Assembly (NCBI GenBank): GCA_905236885.1
Contig: CAJOQK010000126.1
Coordinates: 1 to 45,838, forward strand
Reading direction: 5' to 3'
Source of the DNA: an uncultured Bacteroidales bacterium
GTDB taxonomy: Bacteria > Bacteroidota > Bacteroidia > Bacteroidales > WCHB1-69
DNA length: 45,838 nt
The translations under genes were made by a program, and so were the position numbers. Shown here one piece after another: positions 28,955 to 37,770 of the stretch. Positions within the stretch are counted from its first letter, which is position 1. Every line of letters begins with the position of its first letter. The notes below the pieces were generated by a model. The model was given only the letters and a program-made list of their open reading frames with translations, was not told where the DNA came from and ran no database searches.

Positions 28955-28986
28955 CAGTTTTTTTTCGGATTTAAAGGAGATGCTTT

Positions 28987-30996
28987 ATGGGAAAAAATAG
29001 AGGTTCTTGTCATACTTCCAGGCTGATTTTTTTTGTAGTCTGTCTGTTGTCGCTTGTTGTGTTTGTGTTGACGGCCATCGCCAATTACGGATACCATCAT
29101 GCCGATGAGCTTTTTCAAATCATAGAATATGCCGGGATCAAGTCGGGAACGTTTTCACCTTTGGTCGCTTGGGAATATGGTTATCATATCCGTCCGATGC
29201 TGCAGCCTGCTATATGTCTCGTCTTTTTGAAATTATTTTCGCTTTTGTCGGTGACCGATCCCTTTACGCAGGCACTTGTCATGCGATTGTTTGCGTCATT
29301 GCTTTCCTATGTGGTCATTCTCCTGTTTGTCAGAAGTACTGTCAGGAAAATGTCCGGATCTCGTGACCGTTTGTGCTATCTTGTAATCTCGTTGTCACTT
29401 TGGTTTGTTCCATATATTGCCTGCCGGTTCTCCTCAGAGACGTTTGGCGGTCTCTTTTTTTTGTTGGCCCTTGCCATGTACTTTTCCGGAAAGGAAAAGA
29501 GACTTTATCAGATCTTGGTCGGGTTATTTTTCGCATTTTCGTTCATATTCCGTTTCCAGATGGGGGTGGCCATATTTGGGTTCGCTCTTTGGTCACTGTT
29601 TATTGACAAGTGTGGATGGAGATGCTTTTTGATGCCTGTCTCCTCTTTTGCCGTAGCATATCTTTTATTCGGGATTGGGGTGGACCGTTGGTTTTATGGC
29701 GAATGGGTGTTTGCACCATACCAATATGTGAAAGTGAATGCTGAAGTCAGCGGTTCCATAGTCAGCGGTTCCATGTTTGGCACAAGCCCCTGGTGGTTCT
29801 ATTTTTCCAATCTGCTTTCTTATCCATCTTATTTTGTGGGTATTCCAATGGCGATAGCTGTCATATACCTGTTGGTGCGCCAACCTAAAAACCCTTGGCT
29901 GTGGTGCTTTCTTCCGTTTTTGGCAATCCATTCGCTCATCGGCCACAAGGAAATGCGTTTTATGTTTCCGATGGCATTCCTGTTTCCAGCCATACTGATG
30001 TCAGCGTTCCTGCATGTAAAGGAAAAACTGAAGGGTAACAGGTTGTGGAAGAGTGTCGGTTATGTGTTGCTGGTGTTTTTTGTCGCAGCCAATTTGTTGG
30101 GATTGTGGGTAAATATGACAAAATCTGCCGGATACCAAAAACTTTATTTGGCCAAATATATCAACGTCCATTTCAATGAACAGGAAGTCAATATAATACA
30201 TGGTCCGGATGCCAATCCTTACGGTCCGTTTGGCGCCATTAGCGGATTTTACAGAAATGATTATGCCACCATGAGGAATTTCACTAACATTTATGGTATG
30301 GGACTGCTGCTCAGGCAAGATGCGGTAAATTTCTTCACCTGCCGCAAATGTGATTTGGAAAAGATGGTCTGCACGGGTGAGTTTGAGGGAAAAAATCCCT
30401 TTGATCTGCTCAGAAAATCAGGGTATGAATTTGTATCCCAGTCTGTTCCGAAATTTACTGAAAGGCTTTTCCGACATTATTCCGGATTTGACACTGGGAT
30501 GATTTTGTATGTGTTCAGATATGTTGGAAACCATTATGGTATTGACAGCGCCATTTGTAAGAATGCTTCTCTGTATTATTCAGATTTTGAATCGTTTGCA
30601 GAGAGGTCGCATCCTTCCTTGACTACGGAGTGCCGCTATTCGGGTGAGAGGTCGTTACTTGTATGGAAGAATGCTCCATACAGCATTTCATTTGAGGATA
30701 GTGTAGAAAAAGTGGTTCCGGAGGTCAGGCATCTTTCCGTGAGCCTGCAGCTGTATCAGTTGGGTAAGGAGCATGATGCCTGCATAGTTTTTGAACTGCT
30801 GAGGTCGGAGGATGATAAGGTGGTTGAAACAAGGAAGGTGGTTGATGTGTTCAGAAAAATAGAAAGATGGGAGGGTATTACGCTGCATTTTGACTTGCCG
30901 GACAATTTCAGGGAATATGCACAGTTCAGGATTTATTTGTACAATCCGTCGGACATAAGGGTTTATGGGGATGATTTGCTTGCTGTCTTCTATTGA
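28987..30996 (+). CDS. Polytopic GT-C fold glycosyltransferase, GT22 (Alg9 / PIG-B-like mannosyltransferase) family, with an about 260-aa soluble C-terminal domain
   Basis: The N-terminal about 400 aa carry roughly 10-11 hydrophobic helices. The first-loop motif HHADELFQIIEYA resembles the H-x-DE-x-(F/W)-Q-x-x-E signature of PIG-B/PIG-Z/SMP3-type GT22 enzymes. The C-terminal about 260 aa are hydrophilic and look beta-rich. Confidence 0.5.
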   Translation: MGKNRGSCHTSRLIFFVVCLLSLVVFVLTAIANYGYHHADELFQIIEYAGIKSGTFSPLVAWEYGYHIRPMLQPAICLVFLKLFSLLSVTDPFTQALVMRLFASLLSYVVILLFVRSTVRKMSGSRDRLCYLVISLSLWFVPYIACRFSSETFGGLFFLLALAMYFSGKEKRLYQILVGLFFAFSFIFRFQMGVAIFGFALWSLFIDKCGWRCFLMPVSSFAVAYLLFGIGVDRWFYGEWVFAPYQYVKVNAEVSGSIVSGSMFGTSPWWFYFSNLLSYPSYFVGIPMAIAVIYLLVRQPKNPWLWCFLPFLAIHSLIGHKEMRFMFPMAFLFPAILMSAFLHVKEKLKGNRLWKSVGYVLLVFFVAANLLGLWVNMTKSAGYQKLYLAKYINVHFNEQEVNIIHGPDANPYGPFGAISGFYRNDYATMRNFTNIYGMGLLLRQDAVNFFTCRKCDLEKMVCTGEFEGKNPFDLLRKSGYEFVSQSVPKFTERLFRHYSGFDTGMILYVFRYVGNHYGIDSAICKNASLYYSDFESFAERSHPSLTTECRYSGERSLLVWKNAPYSISFEDSVEKVVPEVRHLSVSLQLYQLGKEHDACIVFELLRSEDDKVVETRKVVDVFRKIERWEGITLHFDLPDNFREYAQFRIYLYNPSDIRVYGDDLLAVFY

Positions 30997-31121
30997 GGCC
31001 GTCCGGAAATGCTTCCCACAAAAAATTTTATGAGCATTTTTTCTAAAAATCCATATTCCAATCTTTTTTTTGAGTATCTTCGCATTTGGATAATTGTTTT
31101 TTTTCAGTAAATATATTTTTT

Positions 31122-32489
31122 ATGAAAAAATTTTATATTTTATTGTCTTTATTGCTGATAAGTGTGTTTGTAATTGCACAGGAGCCACAGCGTCCCGTTT
31201 CAAAAAAGGAGAAGAAAACTGCTATTCAGCAAACGGAGGAGAAAGTTGCCAAGCCGGACAAACAATCCAAGGAGAAAGCAAATAAGGAGGTGCCGGTAGC
31301 GGAGAAGCCCTCCAAGTCCGCGGAAAAGGTGGTGCCGGAAAAGGAACCCAAAAAGGAATTTGTCATGCCGACCGGCTATGACAAGGTGGGAAAACCGCAT
31401 GAGTACAAGGAAAACTGGTGTCTGGTGAAAAAGAACGGGAAATATGGTTTCACCGGTGCTGACGGGAAAGAGGTGGTGCCTCCCCAATATGATGAAATCA
31501 AACATTTCGGGGACTACAGGAAGGACTGGGCTTTGGTGACGGTCAACGGCAGGCTGGGATTTATCTCATCCGCAGGCAAGGAGGTAGTCGCCCCAAAGTA
31601 TGATAAAATCGAGCCTTTCAATGACTACAAGAAGGGCTGGGCGATGGTGCGCCTGAAAAACAAAATCGGATTCATCTCCGAGGATGGCAAGGAGGTGACA
31701 CCGCCCATGTACGACGAGGTCAAACCGTTCGGTGCCTATAAGAAGGATTGGGCCATGGTGTTGGACGGCGGCAAAATCGGTTTCATCGACAAAACCGGCA
31801 AGGAAATCACTGCGCCCATGTATGACGAGGTCAAGCCTTTCGGCAACTACAAGAAAAATTGGGGCATGGTGGTCCGCAAAGGGAAATTGGGCTTTATTGA
31901 CGACGCGGGCAAGGAGATTACCGCCCCCATTTATGATGAAATCAAGCCTTATGGCTCGTTCAAGGCCAAATGGGGTATGGTGGTTAAAAACAATAAGTTG
32001 GGATTCATCAACGAGAACGGACGGGAGATTGTGCCTCCCAAATATGACAGCATTGAGCCGTTCGGTGCCTACCGTCCGGAATGGGCCATGGTCTATATCA
32101 AGGACAAGTTGGGCTTTATCGATGACAACGGAAAGGAGGTTATCGCCCCCATGTTTGACGAGGTGGAGCCTTTCGGTCCCTACCGTGCCGACTGGGCAGT
32201 GGTGATGCTGGACAAAAAAATAGGCTTCATCAGCCCTAAAGGGGTGGTGGTGAAACCGCAGTATGACGAGGTGGAGTTCTTCGGCGTGTATAAGGAGGAC
32301 TGGGCCTTGGTCTCCAAAAACGGGAAATATGGATTCATCAATGACAAGGGCAACGAGATTGTCAAGCCTGTATACGATGAAATCGGATTCTTCGATGCGG
32401 AGAAACCCGACCTGGCCGCTGTGGTGGAGAACGGCGAGACTGCCTATATCAACAAACATGGAAAAAAAGTGAAATTGAAAGATGAATAG
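31122..32489 (+). CDS. Secreted WG-repeat (KWG-type) protein with a K/E/P-rich linker
   Basis: Start set at the ATG at 31122, giving signal peptide MKKFYILLSLLLISVFVIAQ (the track ORF begins at an upstream TTG). A roughly 60-aa lysine-rich linker is followed by ten repeats of the form GKE[VI]xxPxYDE[VI]xPFGxYKxxWAMVxxxxKxGFIxxx. Confidence 0.8.
   Translation: MKKFYILLSLLLISVFVIAQEPQRPVSKKEKKTAIQQTEEKVAKPDKQSKEKANKEVPVAEKPSKSAEKVVPEKEPKKEFVMPTGYDKVGKPHEYKENWCLVKKNGKYGFTGADGKEVVPPQYDEIKHFGDYRKDWALVTVNGRLGFISSAGKEVVAPKYDKIEPFNDYKKGWAMVRLKNKIGFISEDGKEVTPPMYDEVKPFGAYKKDWAMVLDGGKIGFIDKTGKEITAPMYDEVKPFGNYKKNWGMVVRKGKLGFIDDAGKEITAPIYDEIKPYGSFKAKWGMVVKNNKLGFINENGREIVPPKYDSIEPFGAYRPEWAMVYIKDKLGFIDDNGKEVIAPMFDEVEPFGPYRADWAVVMLDKKIGFISPKGVVVKPQYDEVEFFGVYKEDWALVSKNGKYGFINDKGNEIVKPVYDEIGFFDAEKPDLAAVVENGETAYINKHGKKVKLKDE
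31362..32468 (+). repeat. In-frame tandem repeat, 10 units of about 111 nt (37 aa; one unit of 36 aa) encoding the WG repeats
   Basis: The periodicity is visible at both protein and DNA level, for example the recurring ggcaaggag[gr]t...cc[cg]cc[ac]a[at]gta[tc]ga[ct]ga[ga]... units. Confidence 0.8.
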
Positions 32490-34065
32490 TTTGCGCTGTC
32501 TTTATCTGGCTTTGGCCGTTATTCTGGCTGCGCCTGTCTGGGCGCAGACCGCGGACGGTTCGTGGGACGAGTGCACCACCATAACGGTGGGGAAAAAGGC
32601 CTCTTCCGACGGTTCGGTCCGTACCTCCCATACCGATGACAGCCACCGTTCGCGCACGGACATTTCCGTGGTGCCTGCCCAACGGCATGCAAAAGGGGAG
32701 ACTGTGACCATGACACGACGCACCTGGTCAAAGCGGAATCCTATGCCCTCCTATCAGGACGATTCCATTGGGGTGATACCGCAAGTGCCTTATACTTATA
32801 AGTATTTCAACACTGCCTATCCCTGCCTGAACGAGCATCAGCTGGCCATAGGGGAGTCCACCATTGGCGGACGGGCCACGTTGAAATCGGATAGCGGATT
32901 AATTGAGTGCCAGAATCTTTGCGCACTTCTGATGCAACGTTGCCGCACGGCGAGGGAGGCTATCCGTACAGCGGATACCCTGACCCGCAAATATGGCTGG
33001 CGCGATGCGGGCGAATGCCTGACCATTGCCGATCCCAATGAGGTGTGGCATTTGGAGATTTACGGTCCGGGCAAGGGCAATAGGGGAGCGTTGTGGGTGG
33101 CACAGCGGGTGCCGGATGACCACATTGCCGTCAATGCCAACGCCAGCACCATCAAGGAGATCAATCCTGCTGACACCGATTACTTCCTCTGTTCTGAAAA
33201 CATCTATTCCTTGGCTTTGGACAGCGGCTGGTGGAAGGAGGGGGAGCCTTTCCAGTTCTGCTATGTGTATGCGCCGGAATCCCGCACCATGATTGCCTGT
33301 CGCCGTCGCGAATGGCGGGTGTTTGACCTGTTGGCCCCCTCATTGAAATTGGATCCGAATATGGAGAACTATCCCTTTTCCGTGAAACCTGACCATCCTG
33401 TGAGCATGGCCGACATGATGCGGGTGTTCAAGGACTATTACGAGGGGACGGAATACGATTTGCGGAAGAATATAACGGTGGCCGGAAAAGATGGCAAAGT
33501 GGAAATCTCTCCATTGGCCAACCCTTTCATGGGGGTGGATGAGTTGAAACTGCACAAGGTAAATGGAGGCTGGCACCAGTACGGGGAACGCTGCATTGCC
33601 GTGCGTTTCACAGTTTATGGCACTATTATACAATGCCGCGACTGGCTGCCGGATGAAATCGGCGGACTGCTTTGGTTTGCATTGGACAACGTGGCCTCTT
33701 CTGTCTATGTTCCGATTTATGCGGGCGTTTCCGACCTGCCTGCTGTCTACAAGACTGACGGCCGCCAAACAGGGTTCAGCCGTGACGCGGCATGGTGGGC
33801 CTTCAATAGGGTGGGCACTCTGGCTATGCAACGTTGGGGTGATATGCACCAGGATATTGATGCGGTGTGGAACGCCTTTGAAAAGGAATTGTTGGGAAAC
33901 CAATCTTCAGTAGAACAGGAGGCTTTGCAGCTGTACAATGTCAAGAATCCGAAAAAAACTGCCGATTATCTGACCAAATACACGGAAAACTGCTGCTTGC
34001 GAGCAGTGGAGGCGGCTTGGAAACTGGGCGATGACATCTGGACCCATTATGATGAATTGTGGTAA
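32482..34065 (+). CDS. Peptidase C69 family dipeptidase (Ntn-hydrolase type, secreted)
   Basis: Signal peptide, then the nucleophile context DECTTITVGKKASSDGSVRTSHTDD that is typical of C69. 527 aa. The ATG overlaps the WG-repeat gene stop by 8 nt. Confidence 0.75.
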   Translation: MNSLRCLYLALAVILAAPVWAQTADGSWDECTTITVGKKASSDGSVRTSHTDDSHRSRTDISVVPAQRHAKGETVTMTRRTWSKRNPMPSYQDDSIGVIPQVPYTYKYFNTAYPCLNEHQLAIGESTIGGRATLKSDSGLIECQNLCALLMQRCRTAREAIRTADTLTRKYGWRDAGECLTIADPNEVWHLEIYGPGKGNRGALWVAQRVPDDHIAVNANASTIKEINPADTDYFLCSENIYSLALDSGWWKEGEPFQFCYVYAPESRTMIACRRREWRVFDLLAPSLKLDPNMENYPFSVKPDHPVSMADMMRVFKDYYEGTEYDLRKNITVAGKDGKVEISPLANPFMGVDELKLHKVNGGWHQYGERCIAVRFTVYGTIIQCRDWLPDEIGGLLWFALDNVASSVYVPIYAGVSDLPAVYKTDGRQTGFSRDAAWWAFNRVGTLAMQRWGDMHQDIDAVWNAFEKELLGNQSSVEQEALQLYNVKNPKKTADYLTKYTENCCLRAVEAAWKLGDDIWTHYDELW

Positions 34066-34083
34066 AATAAGAGGGGATTTGTG

Positions 34084-34653
34084 ATGAAAAATATTGTATT
34101 GTTTGCTTCCGGAAACGGTTCGAATGCGGAGAACATAGTCAATTACTTTGCAAAAAGGGAAGAGGTGGCTTTTCCTCTGTTGTTGTGCAACAAAAGGGAT
34201 GCCTATGTGTTTGAGCGCGCAAAACGGCTGAAGGTTCCGGCGCGGCACATCGGCAGAACGGAATTCCAGTCGGATGAGCTGGTGCGGGAGTTGCAGCAGA
34301 TTCCTGCAGACCTGATTGTGCTGGCCGGCTTTTTGTGGCAGATACCTCCCGCCATGATTGAGGCTTTCCCACATAGGATTCTGAACATCCATCCGGCATT
34401 GCTGCCAAAATTCGGCGGTAAGGGCATGTATGGGGAAAGGGTGCATGAGGCTGTGATTGCTGCCGGAGAAAAGGAGTCAGGCATCACCATTCATGCCATT
34501 GACGCCGACTATGACAGGGGAACTGTGATTTTTCAGGCCAAATGTCCGGTCACGCCTGATGATACGCCGGAAATGCTGGCGCAAAAGGTGCACAAATTGG
34601 AATATGCCCATTTCCCTGCCGTAATTGACAACTATTTGGAACACTTGGGATGA
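34084..34653 (+). CDS. purN: Phosphoribosylglycinamide formyltransferase
   Basis: LFASGNGSNAENI, LAGFLWQIP, NIHPALLPKFGGKGMYG, ESGITIHAID. The ATG at 34084 is preferred over the GTG at 34081. Confidence 0.9.
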   Translation: MKNIVLFASGNGSNAENIVNYFAKREEVAFPLLLCNKRDAYVFERAKRLKVPARHIGRTEFQSDELVRELQQIPADLIVLAGFLWQIPPAMIEAFPHRILNIHPALLPKFGGKGMYGERVHEAVIAAGEKESGITIHAIDADYDRGTVIFQAKCPVTPDDTPEMLAQKVHKLEYAHFPAVIDNYLEHLG

Positions 34654-34742
34654 TTGTAAAGAACTCCTTCATTCAATGTTCGGGCGATATGAAAAGTTGT
34701 GAAATGATTTCAAAAATAACACATTGCATCCGTCTGCGGAAA

Positions 34743-35969
34743 ATGCGGACAGGGAAGGGGGTGATACTCTTTCTGCTTCTGAGTTGCAGTTGTTTGCGGC
34801 TTTCCGCCCAACTTCCTTTCAAAAATTACAAAATAGTATTGCGTGACGTGACCGATACGGATATCCGTGTGGGTGCGGCACGCACGGAAATTTATTTTCC
34901 GATGCTGCGTGGGCAGCGTATAGCCGTTTGCGCTAACCATACCTCCATGGTGGGAAGCACCCATCTGGTTGACACTCTGCATGCTTCTGGTATGCAGATT
35001 GTCAGGATTTTTGCCCCGGAGCATGGTTTTCGAGGTGAGGCCGAGGCTGGCAAAAGCGTTGCGGATGGTGTGGATGTACAAACCGGCATTCCAATTGTCT
35101 CCCTGTACGGGTCGCACAAGAAACCGACCGCAGCCGACATGAAGGACATTGATATTGTTTTATTTGACATACAGGATGTGGGTGCCCGTTTCTATACCTA
35201 CATTTCTACGTTGCATTACATTATGGAGGCGGCGGCTGAAAATCAGGTGAAGGTGCTGGTGCTGGACCGTCCCAATCCCAACGGGTTCTGGGTTGACGGT
35301 CCTATGCTTGAGTCCCGTTTTTCCTCTTTTGTGGGGATGGATCCAATTCCCATCGCACATGGCATGACCGTCGGGGAGCTGGCCCGCATGATTAACGGGG
35401 AACACTGGCTGAAGGATAGTCTTCGCTGCGACTTGAAGGTAATAAACGTTTACCATTACGACCATGCCTTGCGTTACCAGCTGCCTATTCCGCCTTCACC
35501 CAACCTGCAGTGCATGGAGGCGGTTTATCTCTATCCCTCCCTCTGCCTGTTCGAGGGCACGCCTTTGAGTGTGGGACGTGGCACCGACCGGCCATTCTGT
35601 TTGTTGGGTTTTCCGAAATGCAAGCTTGGGAATATGGCTTTCCGCCCTAAAAGCGTGCCGGGAGCCGCCCTGCATCCTCCGTTTGAGGAGAAGCTGTGCC
35701 AAGGGTTCGATTTGACAGAACTGGCCAATACGGTGTTGAAAAACGGCAATTTCATCCACATTGACCTGCTGGTGGAAATGTATAAGGTCTACCCGGACAA
35801 GACAAAATTTTTCAATTCCTCCTTCAACCGTCTGGCGGGGACGGACAAGTTGCAGCAGCAAATCAAGGAGGGGCTTCCCGCCACGGAAATCCGCCAGTCC
35901 TGGCAACCTGAATTGGAGGCCTTCAAGAAACTCCGGAAAAAATATCTGTTATACGCTGATTTTGAATAA
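34743..35969 (+). CDS. DUF1343 family protein (exo-beta-N-acetylmuramidase NamZ-like)
   Basis: RIAVCANHTSMVG, IFAPEHGFRGEAEAG, VSLYGSHKKP, DIVLFDIQDVGARFYTYISTLHYIMEAAAE, VLDRPNPNG. The start is uncertain. The ATG at 34743 gives signal peptide MRTGKGVILFLLLSCSCLRLSAQ, while an upstream ATG at 34650 overlaps the purN stop (ATGA). Confidence 0.75.
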   Translation: MRTGKGVILFLLLSCSCLRLSAQLPFKNYKIVLRDVTDTDIRVGAARTEIYFPMLRGQRIAVCANHTSMVGSTHLVDTLHASGMQIVRIFAPEHGFRGEAEAGKSVADGVDVQTGIPIVSLYGSHKKPTAADMKDIDIVLFDIQDVGARFYTYISTLHYIMEAAAENQVKVLVLDRPNPNGFWVDGPMLESRFSSFVGMDPIPIAHGMTVGELARMINGEHWLKDSLRCDLKVINVYHYDHALRYQLPIPPSPNLQCMEAVYLYPSLCLFEGTPLSVGRGTDRPFCLLGFPKCKLGNMAFRPKSVPGAALHPPFEEKLCQGFDLTELANTVLKNGNFIHIDLLVEMYKVYPDKTKFFNSSFNRLAGTDKLQQQIKEGLPATEIRQSWQPELEAFKKLRKKYLLYADFE

Positions 35970-35974
35970 GGGAG

Positions 35975-36586
35975 ATGATTGAAACACTGAAACGGCTGGA
36001 TTTGGATCTGTTCTTTTGGATCAACGGGCATCATTCCCCTTTCTTTGACAGGTTGGAGTGGTGGATGACCCAAACATGGTTTTGGATACCATTATTCATT
36101 GTGGTCCTTTTTTTGATGATAAGGCACTATAGGGGCAAAATATGGGGCATATTGCTCTGTCTGGCCTTTTGTGTTTTTTTGACGGATCAGGGTTCGGTTC
36201 TGATAAAGAAACAGGTGAGGCGTCCGCGTCCTACCCATGCGGTGGAGATACGCGATCAGGTGCATGTGCATCGCTATTCCAATGGAAATGAGTATCGCGG
36301 AGGTCCTTACGGATTTCCCTCCTCCCATGCGGCCAATGGTTTTGGTCTGACGGTGCTGTTGATAGCTTTCGTCAAACCGATTACCAGACATGCCTGGTGG
36401 ATTTTCCCCTTGTGGGTATTGTTGAGTTGTTATACAAGGGTTTATCTTGGTGTGCACTATCCGTCTGACATCTGTTGCGGGGCGTTGCTGGGGATGGCCT
36501 GCGGATTTTTTGTGCTGGGGCTGTATCGTGCCGGTTGTAGTCTGCGAATAATTAAAACTAATAAAACTAATATAATAAAATCATGA
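35975..36586 (+). CDS. PAP2 family lipid phosphate phosphatase (undecaprenyl-diphosphate / phosphatidate phosphatase-like)
   Basis: Three-part PAP2 signature: KKQVRRPRP, FPSSHAAN, TRVYLGVHYPSD. Multiple transmembrane helices. Confidence 0.85.
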   Translation: MIETLKRLDLDLFFWINGHHSPFFDRLEWWMTQTWFWIPLFIVVLFLMIRHYRGKIWGILLCLAFCVFLTDQGSVLIKKQVRRPRPTHAVEIRDQVHVHRYSNGNEYRGGPYGFPSSHAANGFGLTVLLIAFVKPITRHAWWIFPLWVLLSCYTRVYLGVHYPSDICCGALLGMACGFFVLGLYRAGCSLRIIKTNKTNIIKS

Positions 36587-37491
36587 GTATTACAAAGTTA
36601 GATCAAATGGTGGATTTGGTGAAATCCAAACCCAAAAAACGTCTGGTGGCGGCATACGCGAACGATGCGCACACCATTGAAGCGGTTTATAATGCAGTAT
36701 GCCAGGGTATTGTTGATGCCACACTGGTAGGCGACGAGGAGACCATTCTGGCGGTTTGCAAGGAGCACAAATTCGATGCCCATAAGTTCGAAATTGTACA
36801 GGAGGCCGATGAGAATAAGGCTGGTGCCAAGGCGGTTTCGCTGATTAATGACGGCAAGGGCGACGTGCTGATGAAAGGTTTGCTGAGCACTGACAAGTAC
36901 ATGCGTGCCATCTTGAACAAGGAGAAGGGTCTGATGCCTGGTCCGAAGGCCGTTCTGTCGCATGTGACCATCATTGAAACCCCGCGTTACGACAAGTTGA
37001 TTGTCTGCGGTGATGTGGCTGTGATTCCTGCTCCGGATTTGAACCAGAAGATTGCCATCACCAATAATCTGATAAATACAGCCCATGCGCTCGGTATTGA
37101 GAAACCGAAAGTGGCGGTTCTGGCTGCGACCGAGCAGATGCTTCCTGGTATGCAGGCTTGTGTGGATGCCGCTATTCTGGCTAAAATGGGTGACCGTGGC
37201 GTGTTCAAAAACGCCTATGTTGACGGCCCTCTGGCAACGGATGTTGCATTGGACAAAGAAAGTGCCGGTATCAAGAAATTGGGTGGAGAAGTGGCCGGTG
37301 ACGCCGACTGCCTGGTGTTCCCCAACATTGAGTCGGGCAACGTGTTCTACAAATGCAACACCAAACTTGCCGGTGCTGAGCTGGCGGCCATGGTTTGCGG
37401 TGCCCGCGTGCCCTGTGTGCTGACTTCCCGTGGTGACACGGCCAAAACCAAGAGCTATTCCATCGCTCTGGCCGCGTTGATGGCGAAATAG
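36583..37491 (+). CDS. ptb: Phosphate butyryltransferase / phosphate acyltransferase (PTA_PTB family, short form)
   Basis: 302 aa with LVAAYANDAHTIEAV, DVLMKGLLSTDKYMRAIL, GDADCLVFPNIESGNVFYK. The ATG overlaps the PAP2 stop (ATGA). Confidence 0.75.
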   Translation: MSITKLDQMVDLVKSKPKKRLVAAYANDAHTIEAVYNAVCQGIVDATLVGDEETILAVCKEHKFDAHKFEIVQEADENKAGAKAVSLINDGKGDVLMKGLLSTDKYMRAILNKEKGLMPGPKAVLSHVTIIETPRYDKLIVCGDVAVIPAPDLNQKIAITNNLINTAHALGIEKPKVAVLAATEQMLPGMQACVDAAILAKMGDRGVFKNAYVDGPLATDVALDKESAGIKKLGGEVAGDADCLVFPNIESGNVFYKCNTKLAGAELAAMVCGARVPCVLTSRGDTAKTKSYSIALAALMAK

Positions 37492-37533
37492 ATTGTGTTT
37501 TTTAATTAAGTGCCCGTCGGGTGCTATGAAAGT

Positions 37534-37570
37534 AAAGGAAAGGTCTAACCCTCTCCTTTGCTTTTTTTTG
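37534..37570 (+). terminator. Rho-independent terminator after ptb
   Basis: Stem AAAGGAAAGG / CCTCTCCTTT (9 of 10 pairs) with a 6-nt loop, followed by GCTTTTTTTT. Confidence 0.55.
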
Positions 37571-37704
37571 TGGTATGGTATTACTATGTTATGCTGTGCT
37601 GTGCTATGTGATTGACACTAAAAGCAAAAGATTGCGAAATAAAATTAATTTGAAGCAAAAGGTTAAAACGTGGAATTATTAGAAGTCCCCAGCAGATACT
37701 ATGT

Positions 37705-37731
37705 AAAAAAAGGGTGTCCGCAAGGACACCC
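37705..37731 (-). terminator. Rho-independent terminator after tsf
   Basis: Minus strand: GGGTGTCC-TTGC-GGACACCC (8-bp GC-rich stem, tetraloop) followed by TTTTTTT, about 40 nt past the tsf stop. Confidence 0.8.
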
Positions 37732-37770
37732 CATATGAAAAAAATTTTTAAAGTTTTATCCTTCTTTAAA

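Noticed and set aside
28828-28974. 48-aa ORF (MLRWRISFYPTAICASLLNIRFGFFRSFFWKNGIRIRILYTFAVFFRI) preceded by a GGAAGGAG Shine-Dalgarno-like sequence, upstream of the GT22-like gene
   Set aside because: Bacteroidota generally do not rely on SD sites. The ORF contains the predicted -7 box of the downstream gene, and its composition (F/R/I-rich) looks like translated AT-rich spacer. It is kept only as a very weak leader-peptide possibility.
31566-32459. 297-aa minus-strand ORF that is itself repetitive
   Set aside because: It is the reverse complement of the WG tandem repeats. Its periodicity is inherited from the plus-strand gene, which has a signal peptide and a known repeat family.
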